Positions 39,511-52,700 of a DNA stretch of 64,000 bases are shown piece by piece. Source of the DNA: Octopus sinensis (taxonomy: Eukaryota). The notes under the pieces are model-generated. The model was not told where the DNA came from, ran no database searches, and was given only the letters and a program-made list of their open reading frames with translations. A program made the translations under genes and the position numbers. The DNA is taken from contig NC_043003.1 in NCBI RefSeq assembly GCF_006345805.1, positions 27,714,001 to 27,778,000 on the forward strand, written 5' to 3'. Numbering within the stretch: the first letter of the stretch is position 1; each line of letters opens with the position of its first letter.

Positions 39511-40671
39511 CAAGCAAGGTAATATCTCTCTGTGACTGGGCATATTTTAATGTAAGATTGCAAATGAACAACACTGCTTTTATGATGGTGACACTAATTT
39601 ACAACTACCATGCAATGTGAAGACAAAGAGGCTCAAGTACACATACACATTTACATATACTAAATACATACATTATATATATATATATATATATATCATA
39701 AACACCCATTTACAACTATCATGTGACATCAAGGTAAGGATACAGTAAAACACACACACGCGCACACACACACATATATCTATATATATATATATATGTG
39801 TGCATAAATATATGACATGCTTCTTTCAGTTTCCATCCACCAAATCCATTCACAAGGCTTTGGTTGGCTCAGGTCTATAGTAGAAGACACTTTCCCAAGG
39901 TTCCACACAGTAGGACTGAACCCTGGACCATGAGGTTGAGAAGCAAAACTTCTTACCATGCAGCAACACTTCTTCACTCACTTTCCATGTACCATATCCA
40001 CTCACAAGGCTTTCCACATACCAAATCCACCTGGACCAAAACTTTACTAAAAGACATTTACCTAAGGTTCAACACAGTGATACTGAAACCAAAAATCAAT
40101 GCACAGCAATGGCATCCTAGGCAAGTGACTTCGACAATAGCTCCTGCTTTGAGAATTGATTTGGCAGAGAAAAAAGTAGGATGGGCATGGGTAGATTGCT
40201 TTTGTTCATAATTTCATTTGATTAGGACTGATTTGGAAATAAACAACAACAACTTGAGAATATTGCCATACATTTCACAAATGCCTCATGACATCATATT
40301 TCAAAGGTTAAGCTTTTGCAGTCCAAGTGCAAGAGACAGTTATTAAATACTTCTTAAACGAAAGAGACTTTGAAGTACTGAAATCTCAAAGACATGACAG
40401 AAAATGTTGGATTATGCCAATTGTATGTGGAGGACATTAGGACAATCAATACACATGTAATTAACAGCTTCTTGGAAAGTGGCATCACGGTTCTGCCATT
40501 TGATGGAATATGGCATTGATGTTAAAACACTATACAATGCCACCCACAGGGAAGACTGTCTTGGGAGAAATATAAACATAAAGAAAAACACAATACCCAA
40601 TGTTATCTATAAGAAAGAATGCCGTGAGACAAACAAGAAAGCAAATATTTTTAATGTTGAATATAATCATA

Positions 40672-41962
40672 CAAGGTCTGATCAAAAAGTACTGAGATTG
40701 TTGCTATGGTAATAGAGCTAAAGGATGCAGAGTGAAGCCACTTGGCACAAATTGACCTTGAACACTGTTGCACATATACACTAAGTTATAACGTTCTTGC
40801 TCACTTCTGTTGTTTCTAGCAAAGCTTGGCGGCCAAGTGTGTAGCGTGTGGCTGTCTCACCACATACAGAGGTTCCATTAGTGACCATGGCAGAGAAAAT
40901 TGACCAAAAAATCAGCATCAAATTTTGCCAAAATTCTGGTGATACCTGCACAGAGACCTATGCAAAGTTGCATAAATTGTATGAAGTGGAATGTATGAGC
41001 TGAACACAAGTGTGTAAGTGGTTCAAACATTTCCAATGATGACCAACAAAATGTCAACAGTGATGCACATTCTGGGAGACTTGTAACTAACAGAACTGAT
41101 GAAACCATCACAAATGTGCATGCAACTGATCAGAAAGATTATCGAGCTGGCAGAAATGTTAGCACGCCAGGCAAAATGCTTAGCGGTATTTCGTTTGCTG
41201 TTACGTTCTGAGTTCAAATTCCACCCAGGTCGACTCTGCCTTTCATTCTTTCGGGGTTGATAAATTAAGTACCAGTTACGCACTGGGGTTGATGTAATCG
41301 ACTTAATCCGTTTGTCTGTCCTTGTTTGTCCCCTCTATGTTTAGCCCCTTGTGGGCAATAAAGAAATAAGAAAGATTATCACATCACCATGCATGATTTA
41401 AGATACAGTTCAGTTTAGTCCATTCTCATTGAAGATTGGGGAATAGGATGCTTGCCTGCCTAAACTGATTTCAGGTGACCAGAAAGAAGACCATGTTTCT
41501 GCTGCGTAGGATCTTCTTGTGTTGAGGAAGATGAAAACTTTTTGAAAACAGTCATAACAGGTAACAAATTGTGGTCTATAACTATGACCCTGAAACCAAA
41601 GCTCAGTTTTTAGCAGTTGAAGATCCTAACCTCTCCAAGACTGAAGAAAGCCCAAATGAGCCAAAGCAATGTGAAAACACTGTTGACAGTTTTCTTCGGT
41701 TACATGGGCATTGTTCATCGTGAGTACACTCCACCTGGTCAGACAGTAAACAAGGAGTACCATTGGGACATGTTGCAGTATTTGTGGGGTGCTGTTCATT
41801 GGAAAAGGACAGAAGTGCACAAATGGCACCTACCCATTCAACACAGCTTGTGCAGCAGCAGTTTTTGACTAAGCACAACATTCCCCAGGTCTGACAACCA
41901 CCATATTCCCTAGCCCTCATCCCTTCCAACTTTTTCCTCTTTCCAAAAATCAAATCCCACTA
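40672..41962 (+). mobile_element. Decayed mariner transposon (left TIR plus most of the transposase), interrupted by a SINE
   Basis: TA-CAAGGTCTGATCAAAAAGT left end; MAEKIDQKISIKFC...; FLKTVITG...YDPETKAQ; KKAQMSQSNVKTLLTVFF..GIVHREY.PPGQTVNKEY; PPYS...NFFLFPKIK. Multiple stops and frameshifts. Confidence 0.88.
41144..41368 (+). mobile_element. Full-length family C SINE with a perfect 12-bp TSD
   Basis: agaaagattatc at 41132-41143 and 41369-41380; head gagctggcagaaatgttagcacgcc, tail aataaagaaata. Confidence 0.92.
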
Positions 41963-42064
41963 TATAAAATGTTGAATGTTTTGGTGCATGACTTTTGGCC
42001 AACTCTGTACACACCACACACACAGGGGGTACCCATATACAAATGGTTCTCTATATGAACAAAT

Positions 42065-42680
42065 CAAATAAATTGATTTCAAATTTTGGCACAAGGTCAG
42101 CAATTTCAGGGTGGGGGTGGCTAAGTCAATTACATCGACCCAGTACTCAACTGGTACTTATTTTATCAACCCCAAAAGGATGAAAGACAAAATCAACCTT
42201 GGCAGAATCTGAACTTAGAATGTGAAGACAGATGAAATGCCACTAACCATTTTGTCTGGCATACTAATGATTCCACCAGCTTGCTGCCTTAACAAATTGA
42301 ATAGATTGTTTTTTGCTCTGGGCACAAGGCCTGAAATTTTGGGGGAGGGGGCCAGTCGATTAGCGATACCAAAAGGATGAAAGGCGAAGTCAACCTCAGC
42401 AGAATGTGAGATAGATGAAATACTGCTAAGCATTCTTGGCGTGCTAACATTTCTTATTTCTTTATTGCCCACAAGGGGCTAAACATAGAGGGGACAAACA
42501 AGGACAAAGGGATTGAGTTGATTACATCCACCCCAGTGCGTAACTGGTACTTAATTTATCAACCCCGGAAGGATGAAAGGCTAAGTCGACCTCTGCAGAA
42601 TTTGAACTCAGAACATAGTGGCAGACGAAATACCGCTAGGCATTTCGTCTGGCATGCTAACATTTCTGCCAGCTTGCTGC
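42065..42680 (-). mobile_element. Cluster of 3 family C SINE copies
   Basis: Three ggcacaagg / aaaggatgaaag..aagtcgacct / gcatttcgtctggcatgctaac segments. Confidence 0.8.
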
Positions 42681-43415
42681 CTTACAAATTGAATAAATTG
42701 ACCAATGAATGAATGAATGAAAGTGAATGGATTTTTTCCAAAGAAAATTAAACTCACACAATGAGCTGAAATATAATCAACGGACAGTGAGGAGACTCTC
42801 ACGTGCATATAAGCTCATTGACTTAGTGCACTGAAATTTGAACCACAAACCACAAGCAGATTACACACACATATAAGTGGCTGGAAGGATGTGTACAAAT
42901 GGTTCATGAACATTCATGTATGTATTTCATGTAACTTGCAAAATTTCATATTTTATATAGAAAATGACATTTCTCTTTTTTCTTTTCTTTGCTAAAAACA
43001 TAACCATGATTAGACAGAAACAAGATAAGGAGAGAAAAAAAGGACACAGACACAGACACACACACACATATATATATATATTTATGTATTTGCTAATGAT
43101 TAGCAGACAGATAAAACATCATTTAATGCCTTGATGTGGAACTTGAGTACTGAAAACGGATTACCCCAATTCATATATATTTCAATTACTTGTTGTGAAC
43201 AATTTAGTTAAAGAACAGGGCTCCAAAACATTAAGTTTGTATATGGAAACCCCACAGTTTATGTGTGTATATATGTGTGTGTGTGTGTGCATACAGGTGT
43301 GGGTGTGCTTCCCAACCACATGTTTCTGGGTTCAATCCTAATGCATGGCACCTTGGACAAGTCTCTTCAACCAAACCCTTGTGAGTGGATTTGGCAGATG
43401 AAAACTGAAAGAAGC

Positions 43416-43466
<51 letters not shown>

Positions 43467-44439
43467 CAGACATATCTGGCATTGCTCAGGATATAGATAT
43501 CATAGTTTGTATATAAGGTACAGTTAAGTTGAAACATGTGATACAGAGATGTGCAACATTGATGACAAAACATTTGTGGATTAAATGAAGGGCTAATTTG
43601 ACTAAGTGACATGTCATGCATCTGTTTGGAAGATTCCAGGCCCTAACCATATCATGGAAAAGTGTGTGTGTATGTGTGGGGGGAGAATTTTTGAATGTGC
43701 CAAAAAGCCCTCAGTGGATATATTCTCCTTTGTGGTTGTCAGCACTGCCACTACCACGCTGAACAATCAACAGACATAGGAACTACATCTAAGTGATAAA
43801 TTAAGGCTGTGGGCTCAGCAACACCAGAGGAAAGAAATCTACATGAAAGAAATGACATGGTAAGGAGGCAGATTGGCAAAGAAGCGCTTGGAAACAACAC
43901 GATATTTTGGTTTGGAATCAATAGTTGTGGCTCAACTGTGCACTTCTTTGCGTAAACAATCTGTGACCATTGTAAGGACGACTCAGCTCCCTTACAAAAA
44001 CAATTCTGCACACAGCATCTGGGCACACAAGGTTACATTAAGGACATGGTCTCTAACTAAGGTGGTTGGGTCTTAGACATCATAAATTAGTAGGTTAATG
44101 TACATGCGATATTTCAGTTTGTAATCAATAGCTGGAAAATATTTGTATGGGCTTCATCTATGCTTAAGAGGAAGACTTTGATACTGAAGCTAAAAGAAAA
44201 TAGTTGAAGAGTTGCTCAGGATTTAACATAGTTTAGCATATTTTTCAGAATAAATATAGTGTGTTCCAAACAGTTTTTATTGTAACAAATTGCTACCTAT
44301 GGTATAATGGGAACAGGCTATTATTGCTACCACTTAGACAACACAGTTTGAAGTCTACATCAGTTTATCCATTTAATACAACCTACTTATATCATTTTAG
44401 TAGCTGCTTTTTCCAGTCTGAACAGAAGCAATGTGTGGA

Positions 44440-44900
44440 CCATGTGGGCGGTTGTACATATCCCAGGAAAGGGGGTTTTCTGCCCACAGGGACCCCATTA
44501 CTCATTAAAATTTCAAAAGTCTAAAACCATCCCTGGATCGTAAGTAATGTATGTTCCCAGTTTGGAGAAAATCAGTTGTGAAGTTCAGAAGTTATGCGGG
44601 TTTACACACACACACTTCCTCAGTTTTATATATATAAGAGGTAGAGAAATTAACATATGTATGTCATCAAGAGTAATGTCCCTTGAACCAATGAAGTAAC
44701 CAAGTTATGCAATCATTCGGAATGTTTACCCAGGAAAGGGGGTTTTCTGCCCCCCAGGGGCCCCATTACTCATTATGTGAAAAATTTTATGAGTCTAAAA
44801 CCATTTCTGGAACATAAGTAATTGAGAAAATCAGTTGTGAACTTCATAAGTTATGTGCGTTTGCACACACACACACATCCTCAGTTATATATATATATCT
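44440..44900 (+). mobile_element. Two head-to-tail copies of a non-autonomous element ending (CA)n-cctcagttttatatatat; possibly Helitron/Helentron-like
   Basis: cccaggaaagggggttttctgccc..gg.ccccattactcatt...gagaaaatcagttgtgaa...ttatg...(ca)n.cctcagtt(ta)n at about 44462-44640 and about 44729-44895. Class assignment is tentative. Confidence 0.45.
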
Positions 44901-45269
44901 GTGTTTGTTTCCCATCACTGCTTGATAACCAGTGTTGGTGTGTTTAAATCCCCATAACTTAGCAGTTCAGCAAAAGAGACCAATAGAATAAGTACTAGGC
45001 TTTAAAAAAAGTCCTAGGATTGATTTGGTCAATTAAAAAATCCCTTCAAGGTGGTACTCTAGCATGGCCACAATCAAAAATATATGTGTGTGTGTGTGTG
45101 TGTGTGTTTGTGTACATATAATATCATCATTTTAACGCTCACATTTCCATGCTTGCATCAAGCATCAAATGGAATTTGTCCAAGTAGATTTTTCTTATTG
45201 CTGGATGCCTTTCCTGTCACCAAGCCTCACTTGTTTACAAGTACAATATTATTTCCCTTTGATCATACT

Positions 45270-46755
45270 GTTGCATCTCTTACATGTCCAAAGCTTGCAC
45301 TGAGTACAACGTATGGAGCTTCTTCTTATATACTGAGGAGGGTCATCTCTCAGAAGGGGCTTCTGAATTGTCTGTTTTCCTACTTATTAGGGCTTTGGCT
45401 TTTGCTAAATTAACTCTAAGGGCCTTAGATTCCAGGCCTTGCTTCCATACCTGAAATTTCTTCTCTAGGTCAGGTAGTGATTCAGCTATGAGAACAAGGT
45501 CATCAGTATAGAGGGGCTCCCAAGGGCAGCTGGTCTTGAATTTCTCTGTTAACGCTTGGAGGACTTAAGATAAACAAGAGAGTGCAGAGAAGAGATCCTT
45601 GATGAATTCCTACCTGTACACTGAAGTCATGCTATACTCATTGCCAACCATCACTTTACTGGCAGCATCCCTGTACATGGCTTATACAGCTCTCACTAAC
45701 TACTCATTTATCCCTAGCTTCTGCATTAATTGCTAGATAAGGGAGAAGGGGACCCTGACAAAGGCTTTTTCCATGTCAACAAAAGCCAAGTACAGAGGTT
45801 TATTTTTGGCTAAGTACTTCTGCAATTGCCTAACCAGGAAAATAGCATCAATTGTGCTTCTACTTGGCACAAATCCAAACTGCATCTCATCTACACTAAC
45901 TCTTCTTGATTAATTGAACTATGATTCTTTCTGTGACTTTCATCATCTGGTCCAGCAATTTGATGCCTTTGTAATCATTTCTTTCTAAAGCATCACCTTT
46001 AACTTTGAAGCAGTTGACTATAATGCTGCTACACCAATCATTAGGTATGACTCCTTCATGGACAACCTAGTTAACTATATGGGTGACTAGGCCATATCCC
46101 ACTCTGCCAGATATTCTAAGCCTCTCTGCCAGATATTCTAAGCCTCTCATAACCTTAATTGCATTATCTACCAAGCTACTGCTGATCTGGATAGCTGGCC
46201 CCTCAGTTGGGTCTACATTAGGCAGACTCTCCTTCTCCCATAAATTCTTTATCTTTAGTAACCTTTCATAATGGCATTTCCAAGCCTCTTTCTTTGGAGA
46301 ATCACTAAATGTAAGCGAGCCATCTCCATGTGGACACATTTCTCTGTAACATCACAATTTTCTCTCACACATCACCTTACAATCTGAAACACTTCAAGTC
46401 TTTGGTCCTCAGGTTGCAGAACATTAGCAAACTTCTTTTCTGCTTCTCCCCTGACTAAATATACTTGTCTCCTAGCCTCCCTTCTGGTTATTTGAAACAG
46501 TTCCCTGCTACCACCACATTTCCAGTCTTTCCAGATCTGTTTCTTTGCTCTAATGGCCCTGCCAACTATTCCAGCACCATGTCACTTCAGGTCAAGAAAG
46601 GACTTTGCACCAGCTCCAAATTTGGTCAGTGGCCCTCAACAGGGTGTCCTGTAGGAACCTCCAGTTGTCCTCCATGTTACATGTTATTACATCCTCCTCA
46701 TTTTCATCAGATACTTCACATAATACATCTCTAACCATTCAGAGGATCCTTAAGC
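45270..46755 (-). mobile_element. Decayed RTE-clade LINE fragment (linker, RT, Cys finger)
   Basis: ORF 46067-46339 (SDSPKKEAWKCHYERLLK..W..ESLPNVDPTEGP), FGFVPSRSTIDAIF and aggtcatcagtatagagggg (LYxDDL); nucleotide match to 32156-32460. Confidence 0.88.
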
Positions 46756-46820
46756 CTTAGACCTTTCTTTTACATACACACACGCAAACTTGTTTGTGTG
46801 TGTACATATGTAAGGATATA

Positions 46821-46896
<76 letters not shown>

Positions 46897-47345
46897 AAGT
46901 ACAGATGTATGTGGTTAAGAGGCTTGCTTTACAACCACATGGTTTGGTTACAAGTTCAGTCCCTCGGTGCAGCAACTTGGTCAAGTTTCTTCTACTACAG
47001 CCTCAGGTTAACCAAAGGCTTTTGAATGGATTTGAGAGACAAACACTGAAAGAAACCTGTTGTATGTGTCTGTGTGTTTGTGTGTCTGTGTGTGTCTGTA
47101 TTTGTCTGGATATCACATGATCATCGTAAATGAGCTTCACCGTCATACAAGCAATGTTATTGGTTTCCAATCTTCCATGAGAAACATATCTGACCATGGG
47201 AAAATGTCAGCTTATGTAGTACGACATGATGGTTGGCAACAGGAATGGCATCCAGCTGTAGATCTGACTCAATTTTACCTGACCTATACAAGCATGGAAA
47301 ATTGGATGTTAAATGATGATGATGAAAATGATTTGCCTGTCTGTT

Positions 47346-47425
<80 letters not shown>

Positions 47426-48157
47426 TAGAGAAAGAGTATTTCTTTATTCACCATAAGGTTGAGGAAAAGAGGGGACGATACGAGGACAGACAAAACAAAC
47501 ATTGGGGTCAGGGTATCGAATGAGACGAAATGTATGAATAAACAAACAATTAAAATATATACAATTAAATGAGAATGAGTGATAAACAAAAAATGAAGCG
47601 GAGGACATGGTCGACCCCACAAACCACATACTCACACTGAAAACTTTGCTTTCTCCTTTTTTATATTCTCGTTTAAACAGTTCTTTCACTCGCAACATAC
47701 TTGCTATATACTTCCATCATGGAAAGACACACACACACACACACAGAAATACAAGATTGAATGTTATACATGTACACGCATACATTCCTTCAAACATACA
47801 TACATATATGTAATAATAAACACAAGATTGAAAACACACACACACAGGCATATAATCAGATATGTATATACACATACACACATATATGTCTGCATATGCA
47901 GGAAAGCTGCCAAAGTCCATGATTGCATATGGTATTTTTAAATCAAGCTAAATCTTTATTTCAGGGTGCATCTAATATGAATGCACACCCGTGAATGAGT
48001 GCATCTGTATGCATGTGTAGGTAGGCAAGCATGCAGAAGTATATGTAAGTATACATATCTGTATGTATATGTGTATGTATGTGAATGTATGTATACCTGT
48101 ATTTATGTATCTGTATATGTGGTTGTGTGAGCACTTGTATACGGGTAAAAGAAAATA

Positions 48158-48330
48158 CAAGAGGATGAGTTAATTGTGATTTTCTTCAACATATCTCCCC
48201 TTCAGATTGACACACTTATTGCAATAGTCCTTCAGTTTTTCTAAGCCCTGTAAAAGAATTCGGAAGTTTGGGCCTCCAACCAGGTCTTTCTTGACACCCT
48301 TAAAGCTAGAAACTTTTCAGTAACCCCTCA
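48158..48330 (-). mobile_element. Mariner-derived MITE (same family as 59688-59907); further fragment at 48855-48930
   Basis: TIR ...aacttttcagtaacccctca-TA; minus-strand transposase tail GLEKLKDYCNKCVNLKGRYVEE. Confidence 0.8.
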
Positions 48331-48451
48331 TATATGTGTATGCATATCTCTTCTATTTTTTTAATTATTATAAATCATGCACTGAGGAGGGAGCTGCAAT
48401 CCAGCAAAGATGCAAGGCTCCATCTTTGGGATGAAGTTAACTCAGACAAAT

Positions 48452-48620
48452 TCACATTTGGAACTTGAGAAAAGTCTTGCATATTTTTACTGTTCCACTC
48501 ACAGGTTGCACTTGTTAAAATTAGCTGGTCGATTTCCCTTTCTGAAAATCCCAGTTTATCCAGATTCTCCCTTAAGCATTTACTAACAAAACCTAGTGCT
48601 CCAATTATTATTGGTATGAA
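48452..48620 (-). mobile_element. Second RLE-type non-LTR relic (extreme C-terminus)
   Basis: Manual translation FIPIIIGALGFVSKCLRENLDKLGFSEREIDQLI/(frameshift)QVQPVSGTVKICKTFLKFQM*; homologous to 4177-4350. Confidence 0.75.
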
Positions 48621-48682
48621 TGTATGTATGAATGTATGTATGTTTGTATGTGTGTGTGTGTGTGTGAATATATATATATATA

Positions 48683-48854
48683 CATGGTGGAAGTGATCTC
48701 ATAACTGAGTAAGTCTAATTTATAAACTCAGTAAATCTGTCCTAACATGCTGAGTCAAAGAATTTGCTGTGTGTGAATTTCTTTTGAGTAGATTAAATGT
48801 TACACAGCATTGAACTCACTTTTCAGTGCAACCAACTTATAAAACCAGTAGCAC
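48683..48854 (+). repeat. Unnamed about 200-bp interspersed repeat (family J)
   Basis: Matches 60199-60393(+) and 61318-61470(-). Confidence 0.8.
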
Positions 48855-51106
48855 TGTAAAAGAACTCAGAAGGGTTAACCTCCAGCCAGGTCTTTTGCGA
48901 TACCCTTAAAGTCAACAACTTTTCAGCACCTCTCAAATGCATAAGTGCACTGTTTAGTGTAGGCACCTATACTTGCATATGCATGTATATATACCTCTGT
49001 GTGCATGTATGTAAATGTACCTGTGTATATGTTTGTGCACATGGGTATGCATATATGCACTTTTTGTGTACATGTGAGTGCAGCTGTACTTTTATATGCA
49101 ATGAGTACCTGTCTGTGCATTTAGCTGCATAAGTACATATTTGCATTTTTATGTTCATATATGTGTCACTATGTATAAATGCTTGCATGCATGTATATGC
49201 GTATGTACATGTGCAGCTGTATGTGTCTGTGCACCCATAACTACATATATATATACCTGTATATGTGTGTGCATGTGCAGTTGTTTGTTAGTATAGGAGT
49301 ACATATATCTATAGATGGATGGATGGATGGATGGATGGGTGGATAGATGGATAGATAGATAGATAGATGCATGTGTGTGTGTATGTGTAGTTGTTTGTAT
49401 GGATGTGTATGTCTACATCAATGTTTGCATGCATCATCATCATCATCATCATCGTTTAACGTCCGTTTTCTGCACTAGCACGGGTTGGACGGTTCGACCG
49501 GGGTCTGGGAAGCCAGGGTCTGCACCAGGCTCCAGTCTGATCTGGCAGTTTTTTACAGCTGGATGCCCTTCCTAACGCCAACCACTCCGCGAGTGTAGTG
49601 GATGCTTTTTACGTGCCACCGGCACAGGTGCCAGGGGAGTATGGCATCGGCCACGATCGGTTGGTGCTTGTGTGTAATTACCTGCATGTGTGTGTGTGCA
49701 AGACTGTGGTGAGTTAGGAGAGAGTGCAGGAGAGTTAAGGCAGGAGACTGGGGTGATGGTGATGGTTAGTAAAGGAGGTAAGATGGGGTGGGGAGGGCTT
49801 GTGAAAGGCACGTATAGGGTATGTTTGGTTGAAGGTGATGATGGTGGGGGTCCTGGTAGAGGTGGTGGTGATGGTAGTGACAGATAGGATAGACTTGTCG
49901 GTGTGGGGACAGGTAGTTGTGGTAGCAGTATCAGTGAGGATCCCTAAAGCACTGGTGGTGGTAGTAGATGTAGTACTGCTGTAGTAGTGACAGTCATGGT
50001 GATAGTGATGGGAATGGTAAGGCGGTGAGAGAGAAGCGACTTCAATTAGGGGGGAGAGAGAGAGAGGTTATAGGGTAGTGATGGTGGAGGCAGTGATAGA
50101 GTTTGTAATTGAGAGTAGTTGTAAGTGGTGAAGATAGGAGTGGTTTGGGTTAAGGGAGGGAATTTTGAAACACTCTCCCTTCCCCCACTACAGTGATTCA
50201 GATGGTGATGGTGGTGGTGATGTTAGTAATACTAACAATGGTGAAGGTAGGAGGCTGCTGCTGCTGATAATGATGATGCCTTGTCTGAGGGTGGGAGGTG
50301 AGTGCCGACAGTAGTGGGAGCAGTACCAGAGTGTTTGTTGGCAATGATTTCTTTCTTGTTGGTAATGTTGTTTATGCGGGTTTATTGATGTTGAGGATAT
50401 GAGAGGTGAGGGTATGCAGTTTGGATATATGATGTTCTTATTTTTATTATTGTAGAGATGGTGGTGGTGGCAGTGGTAGTGTTTTATGGTTGGTTGATAA
50501 GCATGTGAGATACTAGTTTGTGTATGTGCACGTGTGACGTGTGGGGTACTTTAGTGAGGTGTTGTGTAATGTATGTGTGCATGTGTGAGAAAGAGAAAGT
50601 GAGAGTGTGTGTGTGTGTATATGTTTGTATGTGTATATGTCAGTATATGTGGGTAGGTGGACTAGACTGCATGCAGTACTCATGTGCCTATATGGAGTGT
50701 CAGTGACCGTTTTTTTTTTAAAGTTTGAAAACAACCGGCAAAGAGCAAGCAGCGGAGAACAGGACAAGCTAAACCAATGAACAAGACGCATGCTTGTTTC
50801 TGTTTGTATATGTATGTATATATGCATGTAACCTGGCTGTGTGGTAAGAAGTTTGCTACCCAACCATATTGTTCTAGGTTCAGTCCTGCAATAGGACACC
50901 ATGGGCAAGTGTCTTCTACTATAGCCTTACACCAACCAAAGCCTTGAGTGGGTTTGGAAGACAGAATCTGAAAGAAGCCCACTGTGTGTGTGTATATATA
51001 TGTGTATATATATATATATATATATACTTACAACTTTTAATAAAATGTTGTAGTGCGAAACAATTGTACCAAATTACCGGAGTCATTCTTGTTGCTTATT
51101 TTTGAT

Positions 51107-51140
<34 letters not shown>

Positions 51141-51742
51141 GGTGGAATATGTATGTATGTGCTTGTTTGTGTTTACCCCCATTCCCTCTGCTTGACAACT
51201 GATGTAGGTTTGTTTATATCCCCATAACTCAGCAAATTGCCATAAGAAACCAACTTTAAAATAAGTTCTGGGTGTTGATGTGTCCAGCTTAAACTCTCAA
51301 AGACGGTGCTCCAGCAAGGCCACAGTCCAATGATTTGATTAAGTAAAAAGATGAAAGATTATATGCACACACACACACACAATTTGTATGCTCATTAAAT
51401 ATCAAATTTTACGTTATGATTTTCATAATTGTCCTAAGACCAGCAACATGTAAAAGACAAAGTTTCTGGCAGGATAGGTAAGACATAAATTTGCCAAGTA
51501 AACCCTAACAAATGCAGAAGGTAATGTGTGCCTCCAAATAACTTTCAGAAGAATTGATATCTTTTAATAAAATTTTCTATAAATATCTTTATGATCACAT
51601 GGGAGTTTAATGTCAAACAAAAAAGTGGTGGGTGCACACCTAAACATACTTGTACTCATCTCTTGAAAGTTATGAGGAAATAAAGTCTAGGAGGCATATT
51701 TGTGTGGGTATGTGTGTGTATATATATATACATATATATATA

Positions 51743-52195
51743 CAGGGAGAAAAACTAGAAGTAGTTGATAGCTTCCTTTATCTAGGTGACCAAATCAGTA
51801 GTGGTGGAGGGTGCATTGAAAGTGTAGCTGCTAGAATAAGGATAGCTTGGGCAAAGTTCAGAGAGCTCTTACCTCTGCTGGTGAAAAGGGCCTGTATGAT
51901 GTATGTGTACGAACAGCCATGCTACACGGCAGTGAAACATGGGCTGTGACTGCTGAAGTTATGCGTAAGCTCGCAAGGAATGAAGCCAGTATGATCCGAT
52001 GGATGTGTAATGTCAGTGTGCATACTCAACAGAGTGTAAGTACCTTGAGAGAAAAGTTGGACCTAAGAAGCATTAGATGTGGTGTGCAAGAGAGACGACT
52101 GCGTTGGTATGGTCATGTGGTGAGAATGGATGAGGATAGCTGTGTGAAAAAGTGCCACACCCTAGCCGTTGAGGAAACCTGTGGAAGAGGTAGAC
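51743..52195 (+). mobile_element. RTE-clade LINE C-terminal fragment followed directly by a family B sequence (52196-52646)
   Basis: QGEKLEVVDSFLYLGDQISSGGGC...IAWAKFRELLPLL / LYDVCVRTAMLHGSETWAV...RRLRWYGHVVRM...GRGR. Confidence 0.92.
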
Positions 52196-52664
52196 ACTGT
52201 TGTGGCAAGTAAAATCAAAATCTTTTCGATGACTGGCATCCATGCTAGCGGGGTGCAAAGAGCACCATAAGAGTGTGATCATTGACAGAGAGGCTATTCG
52301 AGTATGATCGTTACCAGTGTCGCCTTACTGGCACTTATGCCTGTGCTAGGGTGCCAAGAACACCATCTGAGCGTGATCGTTGTCAGAGCAGCCAACTGGC
52401 TTCCGTACCTGTGGCACATAAAAAAACGGGCACCATTCGAGTGTGATTGTTACCAATGTCGCTTCACTGGTCCCCGTGCAGGTGGCACGTAAAAAAGCAC
52501 CCACTACACTCTCGGAGTGGTTGGCGTTAGGAAGGGCATCCAGCTGTAGAAACTCTGCCAGATCAAGACTGGAGCCTGGTGCAGCCATCTGGCTGCCAGC
52601 CCTCAGTCAAAACCGTCCAACCCATGCTAGCATGGAAAACGGACGTTAAATGATGATGATGATG

Positions 52665-52700
<36 letters not shown>

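Noticed and set aside
39187-39543. Antiparallel 106-aa and 100-aa repeat-protein ORFs as genes
   Set aside because: Explained by the 30-bp array. A 31-nt unit breaks the periodic frame and no splice or homology support was seen. Kept only as a repeat finding.
43751-44026. ORF starting MPRCCVQNC resembling a THAP domain
   Set aside because: Lacks the THAP FP, W and C-x2-HF motifs; likely chance.
47510-47540. CGAATGA-GAC-GAAATGTA hammerhead-like string
   Set aside because: Two core mismatches and no stem I.
51040-51090. GAAACAATTGTA palindromic stem III-like motif between (TA)n tracts
   Set aside because: No recognisable CUGANGA core or stem I pairing.
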